Source: Callorhinchus milii (lineage: Eukaryota). Taken from it: DNA of 64,000 bases. A program made the translations under genes and the position numbers. Positions 50,463 through 64,000 of the stretch are shown here, one piece after another. Under the pieces are notes generated by a model. It worked only from the letters and a program-made list of their open reading frames with translations. It searched no databases and had not been told where the DNA came from. Every line of letters begins with the position of its first letter. The first letter of the stretch is position 1. Where the stretch lies: contig NW_024704743.1 in assembly GCF_018977255.1 (NCBI RefSeq), positions 101,620,001 to 101,684,000 on the forward strand. Direction: 5' to 3'.

Positions 50463-50612
50463 CTCTCTTGAAGATTGTTTTCTGACTCCTTTAGTTTTGT
50501 CCTCAGGTGTCTAATGGTGACCTCCTTTTGCTGCAGTGGGGTCAAGTACTGCTCCGGGTTTGGAGGCTTAATGCCATGATTATCACTGCAAGAGGTGTAT
50601 TTACCAGCTCGC
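50463..50612 (-). CDS. SYBU: Syntabulin penultimate exon (150 nt)
   Basis: ttttccag|G; (R)RAGKYTSCSDNHGIKPPNPEQYLTPLQQKEVTIRHLRTKLKESENNLQE(R); phase 2 at both ends. Confidence 0.93.
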
Positions 50613-53600
50613 CTGGAAAATGCAGATAATGACAGTAAAAGGAAAGAAGAGTGAGTTGCTAAAGCCAGTGTTAAACGCAACAGCTGAAGGTTCCAAAGAG
50701 GGAGTCTTACCGAAGCCTAAAAAATGAAGCATATGCAAAGTTACATCTGAACTACATCAACATGATTCTGGTCATTTATTTTCCAATATTTAAAAGTGAG
50801 TGCCTTTGACACCAAGTGTCACTGAATGTCGTTTGTCAGTTGAATTAACACTAAATCAAGTCAGAAAACTTCAGTTATTTGGGTTGTATTTTTTTTATTT
50901 GGCAATTGCTTTGAGGATATCTTCAGACACCTTTGGGGAGACAAAAAAGATGTCAAATGCAGGCAAGACTCCCTATTTAGTGTTTTGTTTACCCAGAACT
51001 ATTCACATATCTTAAAACATTTCTTTTCATCATTTTTTCCTGAAATGGACAGTGAAAAGAGAAAGGAGAGAGAGAAAAATGGACACGAAGAAGTCTATAA
51101 TAGCATAGCAGCCTTTACAAAATCCAGCAACTCCGTATGCACTATACTACTTTATAACGGTTTCATCCTCTTACGCACACCAGTAAAAAAGTGATGGAAA
51201 ACGCCCACATTTTTTGGTTTTGTATTTAAGCAATTTTCAAACACTGATCAGAAAATGACAATTCATAAATATCATCGTATGTGATTTATCTGGAAGCCTT
51301 CTTACTAGTTTTTAAAACCTTTCTTCACCTTGATTTGCTCATTGCCTCTTGCACGTAAATGTTAACAATAGCTTGCCTCTTGGTCTAAATGAAACGTATT
51401 AAACCATACGTTACAAAATATTATAAACCTAAGCATTAAATGGTGCCTTGAGCAACAAACGTTGATAAAGTCGTTGATTCAATGATGCTAGTACAGCACT
51501 GGCTATCTACATCTTGAACTATTTTTAAATAGCAACATTCCCTTTCTGCTTGCAGGCCATGTACTCCCAGTCCAATGGGAATGCTGCTTTCGATCCAGCT
51601 GCAAGGAATGAGTGACAATGACCTGGAAATAATTGTTCTTCAGTTGTGGAGTGCCAAGCAGGGAGCTCAACATCTCCCCATTCAGACAATGTAGGGGTCA
51701 GGGAGTTTAGCTCGTGAAAGAGAGAAGGGAAATGCAGCAGCAGAAATGTAAGCTTACAATCGCTTATTACTCAATAGTGCATTTATTGGTACTTCAAGAC
51801 ACCATGCCACAAAATGCTGACTCTTAGCCAGCTATGTCCTCTGGCTTTCCTTAATTTTTTGCATTTCTATAGTTAAGGTATAGCCTGATCACTGTACTGA
51901 ACCTCAGTGTTTAGTTACGAGTATGGAGAGGGAAGGAGTTGATTAAAAAGACTTTTTAAACTTCTCCCAGCTATTTTTTGCTTATGGCGCCAAGTGCAAG
52001 TTTTACTCACCTTTCAGACAAAATAGAGTTGACTAATTCAAAAGTTATTTGCTCTAGCCTAACACTCCAAAACTCAAAAATGATTCGAGAGATCAGAAGT
52101 TGCCTCAGCATTAGAGAACTGGTGGATAGCAATTCCAGCTGGAATGAGATTTACTCTATTAACGTAGAATGCTATGAGTGTGGCACATTGTTGAATTCAG
52201 TTTTAACATTTGAAGCTCATTTTCTGTAATGTTTAAAAAAAACTTACAGAAACCGCTTCAAAATTAAAGAGCGTATTTGAAATTCTTGACTCTCTGAAAT
52301 GCCACGTTAATAGAGTAAATATAGCCTTAGCTGAAATTTCTACCCATGGATTCCTAAATCATTGCAGACTTCACTGAAGTTCTCTACTTGTCGAATCTGG
52401 CTCATGTGTATCTTCTATGATTCTGTAAGAATGGGGAAGTGGTACTGATTGGATAACTCTTCCCAAGAGCAGGCACAGGCACGATGGGCTGAATGGCCTC
52501 CTTTTGTGCTGTAATATTGAATGATTCTCTTGTTCAAGTCCATCTTGCTAGGATAACAGACTATTAGCTTGCTCTTCTGGTTGACTAGTTCATGGCAGCT
52601 CTTTCTTTTTAATCCCATTTTCTTGACTTTTTCCCATAGCCCTGATACCCTTACTTCCCAAGTACCCACCTAAGTCCCTCTTAAACATCTGAATCAATTT
52701 GGCATTTATACCCTCCCAGGACAAGGCATTCCACGTTCTCACAATGCTTTGTGAGAGAAATGTTTCCATAGTCACCTTTAATCGTCTGAGCTCTAATATT
52801 AAGATTCGATTTTTAAGATTGCTTGAAGCTTGATGCTCACGGGAAATGTATCTATGTCAAAATTCCCAAAATAGGATAGTTTTAAAATAAAAAAAAGCAT
52901 ATTCCCATTTGGACTTAATTTAGTTGTGAGATCAGAAGTACTTGCCGCCAGACATAACTTCTCATGGGATTGCGGCAAAGTTCTTATCTCCTGATCATCC
53001 TCCTCCTGAATCCTCCCTGAACAACTCGGAGATATCAACATCAAGTAAGTATTAGGGGTGATATTTATCACCAGCAAAAGTGTCAGAGATTGCAAACCAA
53101 TTTATTATGAAATTCTTATTTTTCAAGAGTCAAAGTATGTTATACATTTAAGTACACATGAATCATTTCCATCCCCAATGAGTTTTGGCATGTCTGATAG
53201 CTTTAAACAACCCCTCTTTTGCTTTCTCTCTCTCTCTGTCTGTCTCCCACCCCCCATATATAGTTTTCCTGGCCACTGGGAAGAAAAACTAAACACTGGC
53301 AACAAACAATTACAACCATGAATGTATTTATTATGTAGAAAATCTTGAGTTTTGAGTAAGTAAATGATGTACAATGAATGTACATTAAAAACAAATTAAA
53401 CCACATTCAACTACAAATGAGTCAAAGCACGGGGTGGGGGTAGGTTATAAGTTCAACTGAGTGCCCGTGGGACAGATGTGCTAGGCTGGCTATCACATCT
53501 GTTCTAGCTAACTCATCAGGGATTTACTGAGACAGCTGGGTTAGGCGCACACTACAGCAACAAAAGCCATAAAGACACTCACACACACTACTCCCCATAT

Positions 53601-55837
53601 GTGTCAAAGCAGCCCATTCAAGATTCCCATCTGTTGCAACATCCAATGCATCTATCCCCCAGCTCCTTGTCTCTGATGATCCTTCCCTGCCCTCCCACGC
53701 TTTCCTCAGCTCTCTCCACTTCTCGTGTTGTGATCCCATCCAACCTTTGAACGCTCACTACAGCTCTCTTTTTAAAAACACAATCTCCTTTCAGGGTTAG
53801 AGGAGTGGAGTTCAGGCCTTTCAGCTGGGCAGCACCTTGAGTTAAAACACCAAAAGATCCTTTCTACCAAGTCTCAAAAGTATAAAATTCCTCAGTAATG
53901 GCCTCAGGATTGTAAGTTCTAATTCTAAGATGGTGTTGTCTTGGTTATAAGCATAATATGGAGAGTAGAGACACTATCTGGTGTATTACTATCACTATCC
54001 ATTCAAACTGGAACTTCACAAGTGCTCCTCACTCAAAGAATGTCAGGACTGAGAATATCCAGAGACCCTGCTCTGTGTCTCCTGGGTCCAGTCCCAGAAA
54101 TACATGTTGACAAATCTAAGGGAAAACTGACACAGGCAGCATCAGTAGCTGCTGGAAAGATGTATATTGCAACTGTGGAAATATGTGGCTTCACCATCGC
54201 TAGGATACATCCCAGTCAGAAAACATAATCTGCACACTAAAAATGTAAACACAGAAATTTCAAGAGATTTGATCCCCATTTCTAGATAGGTACACGTCCC
54301 CCCACAGCCAATTAACTTGCCCTCTCAGCTCATGAGGTTGCCACCGCAAGTATTCACATCTCAGAATGTCCCTTCTTCATTGAGTGTATGTATGCAAGGA
54401 AGAAATTAATTGTTGTCGTTGTACATAGTCAACTATTTTATACTAAGCTTATTTATCCTTGTTCTTTTGTGCATTCATTTTAATTTGCCATTAAGCTTTC
54501 TGTTTGGTTCTACGCTTTCTATTTTCTAATTTACTGTATTTTTTTTTAAAGGCACAGATTTGATTGATGGTGTTGAGTTAGTTGGGGTTACAGGTAACAG
54601 CTGGAGTTGCTGTAATTGGCCTTAACAACCCATGGACAAAGGAAGGGAGACTCGGAGTTTCAGACCCAGACCTAGAGTTTCTGGCAATGATCACTATCTT
54701 GTGATCCCTATTGGATGGTCTGTTGGGGAAAAATTCCACCTGAGTTTAGATTTACTCTGTATATGTGGCATTTCAGAGTGTCCAGGAATTGTTTTTCTAT
54801 AAGTGTTAAAAGAAATTCCAGAAAACTGGCTTCAAAATTAAGGCTGCACTTGTCACAAATTTGGTCAAATCCTAGTTACTCAAATCCTGTATAGAGTAAA
54901 TCTCGACCCAGGTGTAATTTTACCCCGTACGTATTGATATCAGTGGAGGAATAGGTCGAGCTTTTGAAACCTTTGAAGTTCAATTTTTACCAGGTAGAGT
55001 TGGTGAGGCCAGGACTCTGGATTCACTTAAAAAACAGCCTGATGACGGAGGAGGGCAGTGAAAGTATCCTGGAAGGATGAGGTCAGATGGGCTGAAGGGC
55101 CTTCTTCAAATGCCCACTAGAGGGTGTCAAGTTATAACTATATACAGTTGCAAGTCAAAGCCTTCAGAAGAGAAGAATTTTTAAATTATTTTCCAGGGTG
55201 TTGTTTTTCTAATCCAGTTTTGTTGGGTGTTAAGCGTGTTGATTATGATTCTCAAGTCAATGGAATAGGTGATATTACTTACAAATCTGACTGGAGGTGC
55301 AAGTGGTTTGTGTGTATTTGGTGGCACAACCGAGAGCAGCGGGCGATAACTAACATTTCCTACATTTCACCCTGGTGCTGAGTGGAAGTATAGTCTTAGA
55401 AAAAAAAGTACTAGGATACATTAGGGAGTTTCCACAGCAGAAGTACCAGTGCTTTCTCCATCAACTGTTGGCAGTACCTACTGGGGAGCTAATCTAGCAC
55501 AGGCATAGTGCCTCCTAATGTCCTGAAATTTCCAAACATTTAACACCAGATATGCATTGGATTAGGTAACCCTTCATCTTTTTTTTAAAAAGATGGGCAG
55601 GGTTTCAAACAAAACTATCTGGGGCGGAGTAGATCAGGCAGGAGAAGCAGGGCAAGTAGCCTCAGAGATTTGGATATTGATAGAAGGTTGAGGTTTACAT
55701 AGAATTATGTAAATCTAGGTTTCACCCACAACATATCAGGCAATTCACTTTACAGTATATTCTGTGAAGCGCTTTGAGACGTCTCAAAGTTGTGATAAGG
55801 CACTATATCAAATGGAAGGATTATCATTATTATTATT

Positions 55838-56200
55838 TACATAGATTGCACAACACGGAAACAAGTAATTCGACCCAACCAGTCTGTGCTGGTTTTATAC
55901 TCCACACAAGGCTCATGCACTCCTAACTCCCTCCCATACCCTTGTATTCCCCTCTCCCTCATGATGTATTTCTAGCTTAAATGCATGTGCACTATCTGCT
56001 TCAACCACCAGACTCTAAATTCACACTGCGTGAAAATATTTATTCTAGATTTATTTTTAGATTCCCTAGTCATCATCTTATGCTTGTTTCCCCTGGTTAC
56101 AGACTCCTCAACAACTAGGTACAGCCTATTTATGCTAACTTCATCAAACTCTTTTATAATTTTAAACACCTCTATTAGATCCCCCCTTAAATGTCGTTTT
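55838..56200 (-). mobile_element. Old CR1-like 3' end
   Basis: EKRHLRGDLIEVFKIIK..SVTRGNKHK in ORF 55972..56274. Confidence 0.7.
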
Positions 56201-57010
56201 TCATGTGTTTGACCATGCTTTCGGTCATCCTCCCATCTCCACCCCACCTTGCTCTCTACTCTTTGTGATTCCAACCCCCAGCTTGGGTGCTGTTCAGTGC
56301 CTTGGGAAGTCCTCCCGGCATGAAAGGTAATTATACAAATGCAATCTGTTGTTGAAAAAGACTTTTGCAGATTATCCTCATAATAGTAAAATCTGCCAGC
56401 CCTGGCATTACCTCCTCACTTTTATACTCTATGTCTCTGGATATAAAGCCCAGAACCCCAACGGCACTTTCTATGGGCATAGCTATGTATAGCTACTTAT
56501 AGAGATTTGTGGATCTGAATCCTCAGATCTTGAGGTGCAGGTGTTTCAATCTTGGTATGAATATGCACCAACAACTGCTGTGATACTGCTCCACTCAGAA
56601 CCATGTGAAGGACCAAAAGCAGAGTTACAGCCCTGTACTGTAGAGACTCACACATGGCGAATGACCTGTTGGGCCAGGTACCAGATGGTGTCTCAGCTGG
56701 AACCTAATGATCTTAAATACTTTTAAGAGAAAGGGAAATTGACACAAAAAGACAGCAATCATTTTGCAACAGGGAAGAAATTCCACCTGGTTCTAGTTCA
56801 GGTTCATTACTGCTGGCTGTGGGTTTATTTTTTATTAATATAGTATTTTAGCATGTTCTGAAATTGTCAAATTGTTGAATTCAGCCTTAATTTTGAAGTC
56901 AGTTTTCTGTAGATCTTAAAAGAGACTTGCAAAAAAATGCCTTTGAAATGAAGATTCTTTTAAGAATTTGTAAAATTCTAGATGCTTTGAAATGCTACAT
57001 TAATAGAGTA

Positions 57011-57490
57011 CAACAACAACAAGATTTCATTTATAGAGCGCCTTTCACATCGGGAGGACGTCCCAAGGCGCTGGACAGTTGGGTCGGGACCCAAGCAGGG
57101 GGTAAATGGTCAGGGTGAGGGGAGAGGAGGGAGGGAGCGAGGAGGGGGTAGAGAGTCGAGAGGGAAGCTGAAGGCACGGTCGAAGAGAAAGGTCTTGAGA
57201 CCGGCCTTGAAGGAGGAAAGGGAGGAAGCAAGGCAAAGGCGTTCCAGAGCCTAGGGGCTGAGAGGCTGAAGGTCCGGCCACCAATGGTAGGGTGGTTAGG
57301 GCGGGGGATGTGGAGCAGACCGGAGCCAGAGGAACGGAGGTACGGGCAGGTAAGTAGGGGATGGTAGGTCGGAGAGGTAGGAGGGAGCAAGGCCGTGAAT
57401 GGCCTTGTAGGTGAGGATGAGCATCTTGAATTCGATCCTCTGGGGGATGGGGAGCCAGTGGAGGCGAACGAGGGTGGGAGTGATGTGGTT
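57011..57490 (-). mobile_element. L2 3' end in a SYBU intron
   Basis: HITPTLVRLHWLPIPQRIEFKMLILTYKAIHGLAPSYL; (TTG)n tail. Confidence 0.88.
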
Positions 57491-60400
57491 GCGAAGTAAT
57501 TGCTCAGGTGGAATTACTACCCCTATATTTTTGGAGAGCTGTTTGTTTCTTATCTCATCCAACTTTCTCAGTCAAATACATATCCTGTATTACTTACACA
57601 AGGTCAAGAGGTGCAGACAAGCTTAAATTATACCAGATATTCATTTGTTTGAGAAACTTTGGAATTTTCCCAACTACCAAAACAAATTGGATTTTGATGG
57701 GAATGGAAAAAAACATCACTGTTAAAAATATAATCTTTGTGATGATTTTCTGATATAGCCAGGACTAGAAAGAGGTATTACTTCCAGCCAAAAGACTCAA
57801 GGGATTTCCTTTAATAAGCATAGAACAAAAAGGTCATTAGTGCTGGTGAATAGCAAGTGAGTCTCAGCCCAGCAGTTATGGACCTATGCTATGTTCTGAT
57901 TTTCTTCCAGCTACTCATTCAAACTTTTCTGACTTTCTTCACACTGCACCTTATGTAAAACTACTGTTATTTTTAAACAGTGAGGCATGCGTCACTTTCT
58001 CTCTCATATGAGCTATTTTCAGTGGTTGAAAGGCCTGACTGAACAGAAACGATACACAGTATGTGCTTTCTGGGTTCTGCTGAATAATGGATGAATGATA
58101 GCTTGGGAGACGCACATCCCGTAGTCTGGACCATCAAAACAAATCACTTCATAGGAGTTTATGTAGTTTTGCCTTTGAATCTATGGAAGATACATTGTAT
58201 AAAATCATTAAAGATCTAGTGCTGGTTGCTGAAGTGAAGAGAAAATCTTAGAATCAATTTAATTAATTAATTCTTAAGAAAACCTGAGAATGAATAGATA
58301 AATTGCCATGGAATCATTGAGATTAAATCTTTTGATCTCAGCACTTTGATCTAAATGCAGAAAACATGACTCTGCTGGGGAAGAGGGGATGCTCGGGGAA
58401 ATGTGAGAAAACTATAGCATCTGCCTGTCTGACAGAAAGTCTGGGGCTGTGTCATACATAGAAAGAGAGAGCAAGAACGAGAAAGAGGGCATGTATTGGG
58501 AGGAGAATGACTCGTTTTTCGCATAGTTTAATTAAAAGCATTTCCGACCAGTCAATAATTTCCATTTGATGCTACCTTTCAAAATCTACCCAGGGATTCA
58601 TGATGATTCATGAGAGCAAGCTCCTTGCAGTCGTAAACAAAATGCATCATCCTTTATTTATATATGCACACAGAACGTTTTTTTAAGGGAACAGAATTTT
58701 TTCTCTCTCTTGCACAAACAAAAAATTTCATAGGGGCTGAAATTCTGGTTGTGTTCTGTAATAATGTCAACCTCTAATGGGATTCCCCCGTTATAATTGT
58801 GCATCAAAATTGCTGCACTTTGCCTAGAAAATACACAGTCATTTCACTTTACAGGTGCAATTAATCATTCATTTGTGGAACACTGTTGTGTACAAATGGT
58901 CTGCTACATTGTCTACAAAATATAGTCGCTACACTTTACAGTAATCCTGTGCTTGGAAATGTTTCAATGATGTGATTAGGTGCTATCAAATACAAAGATT
59001 ATTATATTAACATCACTTTGATCGGTTGTTTATAAATGTCCCCTATCCCACAGACATATTCAGAACATAGGTTTTCTTTACGATTGTTTTCAATGTGCGT
59101 TGCCTGCTCAAGCTACTGAGACAATTTTCTTTCACATTTCCAACTGTTTTCTAGTTTTACAAAAATCTATTTTGTGATCCTTGCTGGCCTGATCAGTAAG
59201 ACACAGTATAGCACAAAGACTACTGGAGAGGCTACAGGCTTAAATGCCAATCTGTGCTCAGTCTGAAGATTGGCAAGAACCAAGGCTGGAGTTTAACCAG
59301 CTAAAACCACAAAGCTTGTCATTGAGAGCATTGACTGGCAAACTTCCTGCTGATGTCTAGTTAGCACCACCCAACACTGAGTGGGAAGATTCCCTCTCCC
59401 AGTGACCTTTCTGTCCCTCCAAGTCCTGCCAATGAGCCAGGTAGGCTCGGCTGTCATCAGCAGTGTCCTGCAGTACTTGGGACAGCTAGTACAGTTCTAG
59501 CTCAGAAACTAGACTACTGAGACCACCACAACGTGTTGACTCAATTCTGCCATTCCATTGCCAAACATCTCACCTTGTACCCTGTTCAACTTCTAATTAC
59601 CTCCCTCCCTAGGAAGGAGAGGTACCATAAGATAGCTGACACCCATAGCTGGTACCTATACACCAACAAAGACTTAGCTGAGTTTCTAGAGGTGAATGAG
59701 CCAGAAATATTGAAAAAGTACATCAGGTTATCTAATGGGAGTAATGGCAGTAACTAAAGTCATTTGCAATTCAGGAGTTTACCATGATTGTTTTAGCATC
59801 AATCCTCTTCCCTGGTACCATGTACGTACGTCTCAACAATTATTTTACCCCCTGAAATAGGGCAGTAAACCCAGTTAATCTCAAATTCCAAGCACAAAGA
59901 GTATTTACATAAATCGTTTTACTGAAGATTACATTTACCTTCACCTTAAACTAATCTTCTCAATTGTTCTTTTTCATTCAGTTTACAATCATATAATATG
60001 TTTCATCCTCAGATGGTTAGTTCTGCAGCACTCAAGATTAACCAGGGTCAGATACAACAGTGGACTGCCCACTGGGAACACAATCATTAATGTGTGGTCG
60101 GGCAGCCTGCATTCTACAGCAGGAAGCCAGAAGCACTATTCCAGGCTAACATTCCTGGCAAAGAAATGGGAACACATCATCTTTTGGAGTGGGGGTAGAA
60201 GAGGGGGCGAGCTGAAATATCTTACATTTTATTCGCAAAGTAACATTCGCAGTATATACAACATTAAAATAAAGCATACTGTAAAATAAAGTACCATTCA
60301 CTTAAGAAATGAGTAATTGTTAAATACTATCACTTAGTCAAATCTTTGCTTGAAGTTGGCTGCTCAAGTATTCAAACCTTTGATCAGGCTTTGTGGAATC

Positions 60401-60897
60401 AGTTGCACTCAAAGTACAGAATATACACTCCTAATTTTTAACAGGGCAAAATAAAACTTAACCAGACTCAGTTGGTACGGCCCTTCACTTACGCACAGCN
60501 AAAAAAATACAGACAATTTCATGAGAAAAGGTATATGTGTATGATTGGTTGTGAGAGTGATTTGAGTGCCTGTGTGTGAATGCGTATGACTGAGGGTGTG
60601 TGTTAGTGTGTGTGAATGTGTGTGTGTTTGTAAGTGGTTCTTGTATACCTGCTATTATATAGCGCTCTTCACTCACAAAATACACAGTCACTCCACTTTA
60701 CAGTATATCCTGTGAATGCTTGGTGAGATGTCTTGACGATAAGGTGCTGTATCAAGTGCAAGGATTATAAATATTATATTGGATCTATTGTATACCTGGT
60801 ATCGAGACATTATCCTATATGAAGGGCCCTATAAAATTTGCAAGTTGTTGTTGCCATTGTTGTATTCCTACATAAATGTCTGTTGGAGATAACATAC

Positions 60898-61095
60898 CTG
60901 ATGGTTGGGCTGCTGTCACTGCCCTTGTATGAACCGGAGTTACTGCTGCTACTGCGAGACGAAGCTCCATAGGTATCCCGGATACCGGCTGTATTTCGAT
61001 AGACGCTCAAAACAGTATCCTTCTCCCGTGGAATAATTGGGCTCCCTGGCTGTTTATGGCCACTGGAAGCATTACTTCTTCCGTACACACCACGG
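60898..61095 (-). CDS. SYBU: Syntabulin internal exon (198 nt, Ser-rich); further upstream exons not found in the window
   Basis: ttgccag|C; RGVYGRSNASSGHKQPGSPIIPREKD...SSSNSGSYKGSDSSPTI(R)|gtatgt; phase compatible with the next exon. Confidence 0.9.
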
Positions 61096-62639
61096 CTGGC
61101 AATTTGACAAAAACAGGACTATTCATTGCACTGTTGACCAAGTTAGATGCATGTCTGAAGCAATGTCTTTTTCAATGCTAAAATCATACATTTCGGAAGG
61201 ACAAAATTCATGATAGTTCACAATGTACTTCGTACACACACACATTGTTTTCCTACCTGTGGAACCAGTGTTAGTAGAAGAACTCCTCTGTATAGACCAA
61301 GAGACAGACATCTGATGAAAACAGTGAAGTAGTACAGACAATCTGATGGCAAAAGGTATGGAGGAGAAGAGGTGCGTGTGGTGCATACAGCTATTGAATG
61401 GCATATTGATGTCTTTTATGGAGAAACTGGCAGATAGTTTTTTGAGACCGTTGCTCCCAGAGATAAGCAGAATTGACTGCTTTCAAGAGAAAGCTAAAGG
61501 ATTTATATATTAATTACAATCAATGTTGGCTACCTGGTGTATGCAATGGAAATTTCCCTGCTGGAAGCAACAGAACATGTGCAGTTCAATAGAACATCTG
61601 TCTCCCAGACATTACAGAGGATCCTTGATTCCACAAAGGGGAGATAAGTGAAAACAAGTGTAAGGCGCATGGAAAGGAGATGCAACAAGCTTTACCATCC
61701 TATTTCTAGGAAGGGTGGTTGAGGCCTGGACTCCTTTAAGAAACAACTGATTACAGTAATATGAAGATGTATTACCATCTCATCTGGAAGAATGCGATGT
61801 TTGGTGCTCTTCTGATGATAACTAAATGAAGTGACCAGTACTGAAAGTAAAACATTTTTAAGATAAATTTGAGAAATAATTAGATCAAGCTACTACTGTT
61901 TTCTAGACTCTAAAATAGATTTATACCACTGCAGTTTCTGGGAGCTGCTTTTGATTCCATTTTGCCTTAGTCCTACGTTTAAGTTTGCCTACAAAATACT
62001 CAGTCACTACAATAAATCATATGAAGTGCTTTGAGGCATTCTCCTGATGTGAAAGGCATTAGATCAAAGCAAGGGTTATTATTATCTTATTAAAAGAAGG
62101 ATTCAATGTCATAAGCAGACACTGTTTTTGTCGATGTAACATCCACTGTCAAGAAATTACTCTATCAATATACTGTGTGGAGGATATTGGATAGTGAGGA
62201 GTAGATTACAAGGCTGTAATCCAATTAGTGTGTTTGGAGTACATCAAGATCCGTGAGTAAGGCCTCAGCTGTGAGTAAATATTCTAAACATTAATCTAGG
62301 AGGATAAAAAATATCAATCCAGTTTTTGTGCACAATTACTGACTGGCAGCAGAGAGCAGCAACTAACATCCCACTGCAGTGGGTCACGGCACTGAGAGTC
62401 AATAACAAGCTCTAACACACCGGAATGCAATATCCTAGAACTCAGGGGGACTCGCAACACCTTCATATACAACTGGAGCAGAATGCCTGGGAGTGATGTA
62501 CTTCTGGTTACCAAGAGGTCCAGCTTGGGGTCCTTAATTAAGGAGTGCTATGAGAATTTGTGGTATTTTAAATCTCAGTCAACCTGATTTGAGTTTTAAA
62601 CAATGACAACTTGCATTTATATTGCAGCTTTCATGCAGG

Positions 62640-63195
62640 ACAATAATATTTTGGTCACTCAATCGACAACTGTTTGTGGGACACTGCTGTGCACAATTGG
62701 CTGCCACGTTTCGCCCACAAATAGAGTGAAGAGCACTAAATCAAATGCAATGGAGTATTATTATAATTATTGGTTCAACATCAGCCTTGACTGTGGGGCT
62801 TAAACCTGCAATCTTCTGCCTCAAAGGCAAGAGTGCCAAGTGTGCCAGGCTGACATTGTGAAATGTGTGGCACATTGTTGTGTGCTAATTGGCTGCCATA
62901 TTCATAATAATCCTTAAAAAATAATAATTTGGACACTCAATCGACAACTGTTTGTGGGACATTGCTGTGCGCAATTGGCTGCTGCGTTTGCCCACAAATA
63001 TACAGTCAATTCACTTTACAGTATATTCTGTGAAGCTCTTTGGGACGTCTAGAAGATGTGAAAAGCGCTATATCAAATGCAAGGATTATTATTATTATAG
63101 AGTCACTACACGTTACAGTACATCCTGTGAAACGCGTTGATATGTTCAACGATGCGGTAAGATGCTATATCAATTGCAAAGATTATGAATTGCTA
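62640..63195 (+). mobile_element. Cluster of headless SINE 3' fragments
   Basis: Repeated ACTGTTTGTGGGACAYTGCTGTGCRCAATTGGCTG bodies and (ATT)n tails. Confidence 0.8.
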
Positions 63196-63739
63196 TTTAA
63201 GGGTTTCAATTAGCCAGACAATAGGCACTGATCCCAGGAAAGTGTCCCACAGTCTGGGAAGACTGAGTAAACGTAGCAGAGTGAGCAATCATTACCTCTA
63301 GATCTGGTTGTATTTCAGAGAGAATCTCAGCTCACATTACTTAGTTATTTGCATACTGGAGAGTTAGCTGTGTATTTCTACCCCTGCTCCTCCCCCCATT
63401 CCAGTCCAGCATCAGTTGCTGACTCTTCCGTTGTCATAGAAATAAAACAGAAATATGAAGACATGTGCATAAGTACATTATACTTAAAATAAAACAAAGC
63501 CGTAATCCTGGTGTTTGTGATTTGATTGCAGAAGAATTAAGGCTGTAATTCTCAAAGAGTGCTTGTGAGGGACAGAAGCAAAAATAGAGAAGCTGTGAAT
63601 TAAGACAGATTTTTCTAAATGCAAGGGTATTTTAGACTTTAAAGTTTAAACCGACTGGAAACTAGCATTGCCCAGCGTGGCTGCACTCCTGCAGACAAGG
63701 TTGTAAATTATTGCCAGTTGAGTATTTTAAATCTACCAA

Positions 63740-64000
63740 CAAATTTTAAACTCATACTGTACGCTGACACTCCAATTCAGTACTGCATTGTTGGAAGTGC
63801 CATCCTTGAAGAGACGTTAAACCAAGGTCCTGCCTGCTTGTTCAGGTTGGTTAAAGATCCTAGGGCCCTATTCAAAAAGAAAAGGGAGTTTCTCCTGGTG
63901 TCCTGGTCAACAATCCCCCAGATAAAACTGGTAATTCACTTCATGGATGTTTGTGGGACATTGCTATGTGTTGCATTATGCCTACAAATAGTCATTATAG
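63740..64000 (+). mobile_element. Old DeuSINE-like copy
   Basis: GAGACGTTAAACCAAGGTCC...TAAAGATCC...GGGAGTTTCTCCTGGTGTCCTGGTCAACA...TGTTTGTGGGAC. Confidence 0.7.

Noticed and set aside
60500..60500. Single N base
   Set aside because: Assembly ambiguity, not biology
61257..61311. 55-nt exon-like segment on - (catcag|ATGTCT...ACAG|gtagga) as an extra SYBU coding exon
   Set aside because: Its open frame ends in phase 1, incompatible with the phase-2 acceptor at 61095; the compatible frame has a TAA. A non-coding use is not excluded

Overview
Vertebrate genomic DNA. The repeat content (DeuSINE-type SINEs, CR1 and L2 LINEs) suggests a cartilaginous fish, which is an inference. Two convergent protein-coding genes are present. 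EBAG9/RCAS1 is complete on + (6 coding exons, 20832-35296, 636 nt, 211 aa) with a CpG-island promoter and a non-canonical GC-AG first intron. The last three coding exons of SYBU (syntabulin) lie on - (61095-45787); its 5' exons were not found in the window. EBAG9-SYBU tail-to-tail is the arrangement known from mammals. Most remaining sequence is decayed CR1/L2 retroposons, SINEs and simple repeats. I see no convincing new multi-gene system. The most interesting unexplained items are: (i) a local duplication (about 11.2-13.3 kb vs 16.35-17.6 kb) in which both copies keep an ~83-nt pre-miRNA-like hairpin and splice-site-like signals; (ii) an overlapping ERE/CREB3-type/ETS element in the EBAG9 promoter; (iii) a duplicated CTCF-like module between the two genes; (iv) a tandem GYNGYN donor in SYBU; (v) a ~1.05-kb TIR element and an old unclassified dispersed repeat. 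Repeat boundaries are approximate and read by eye.
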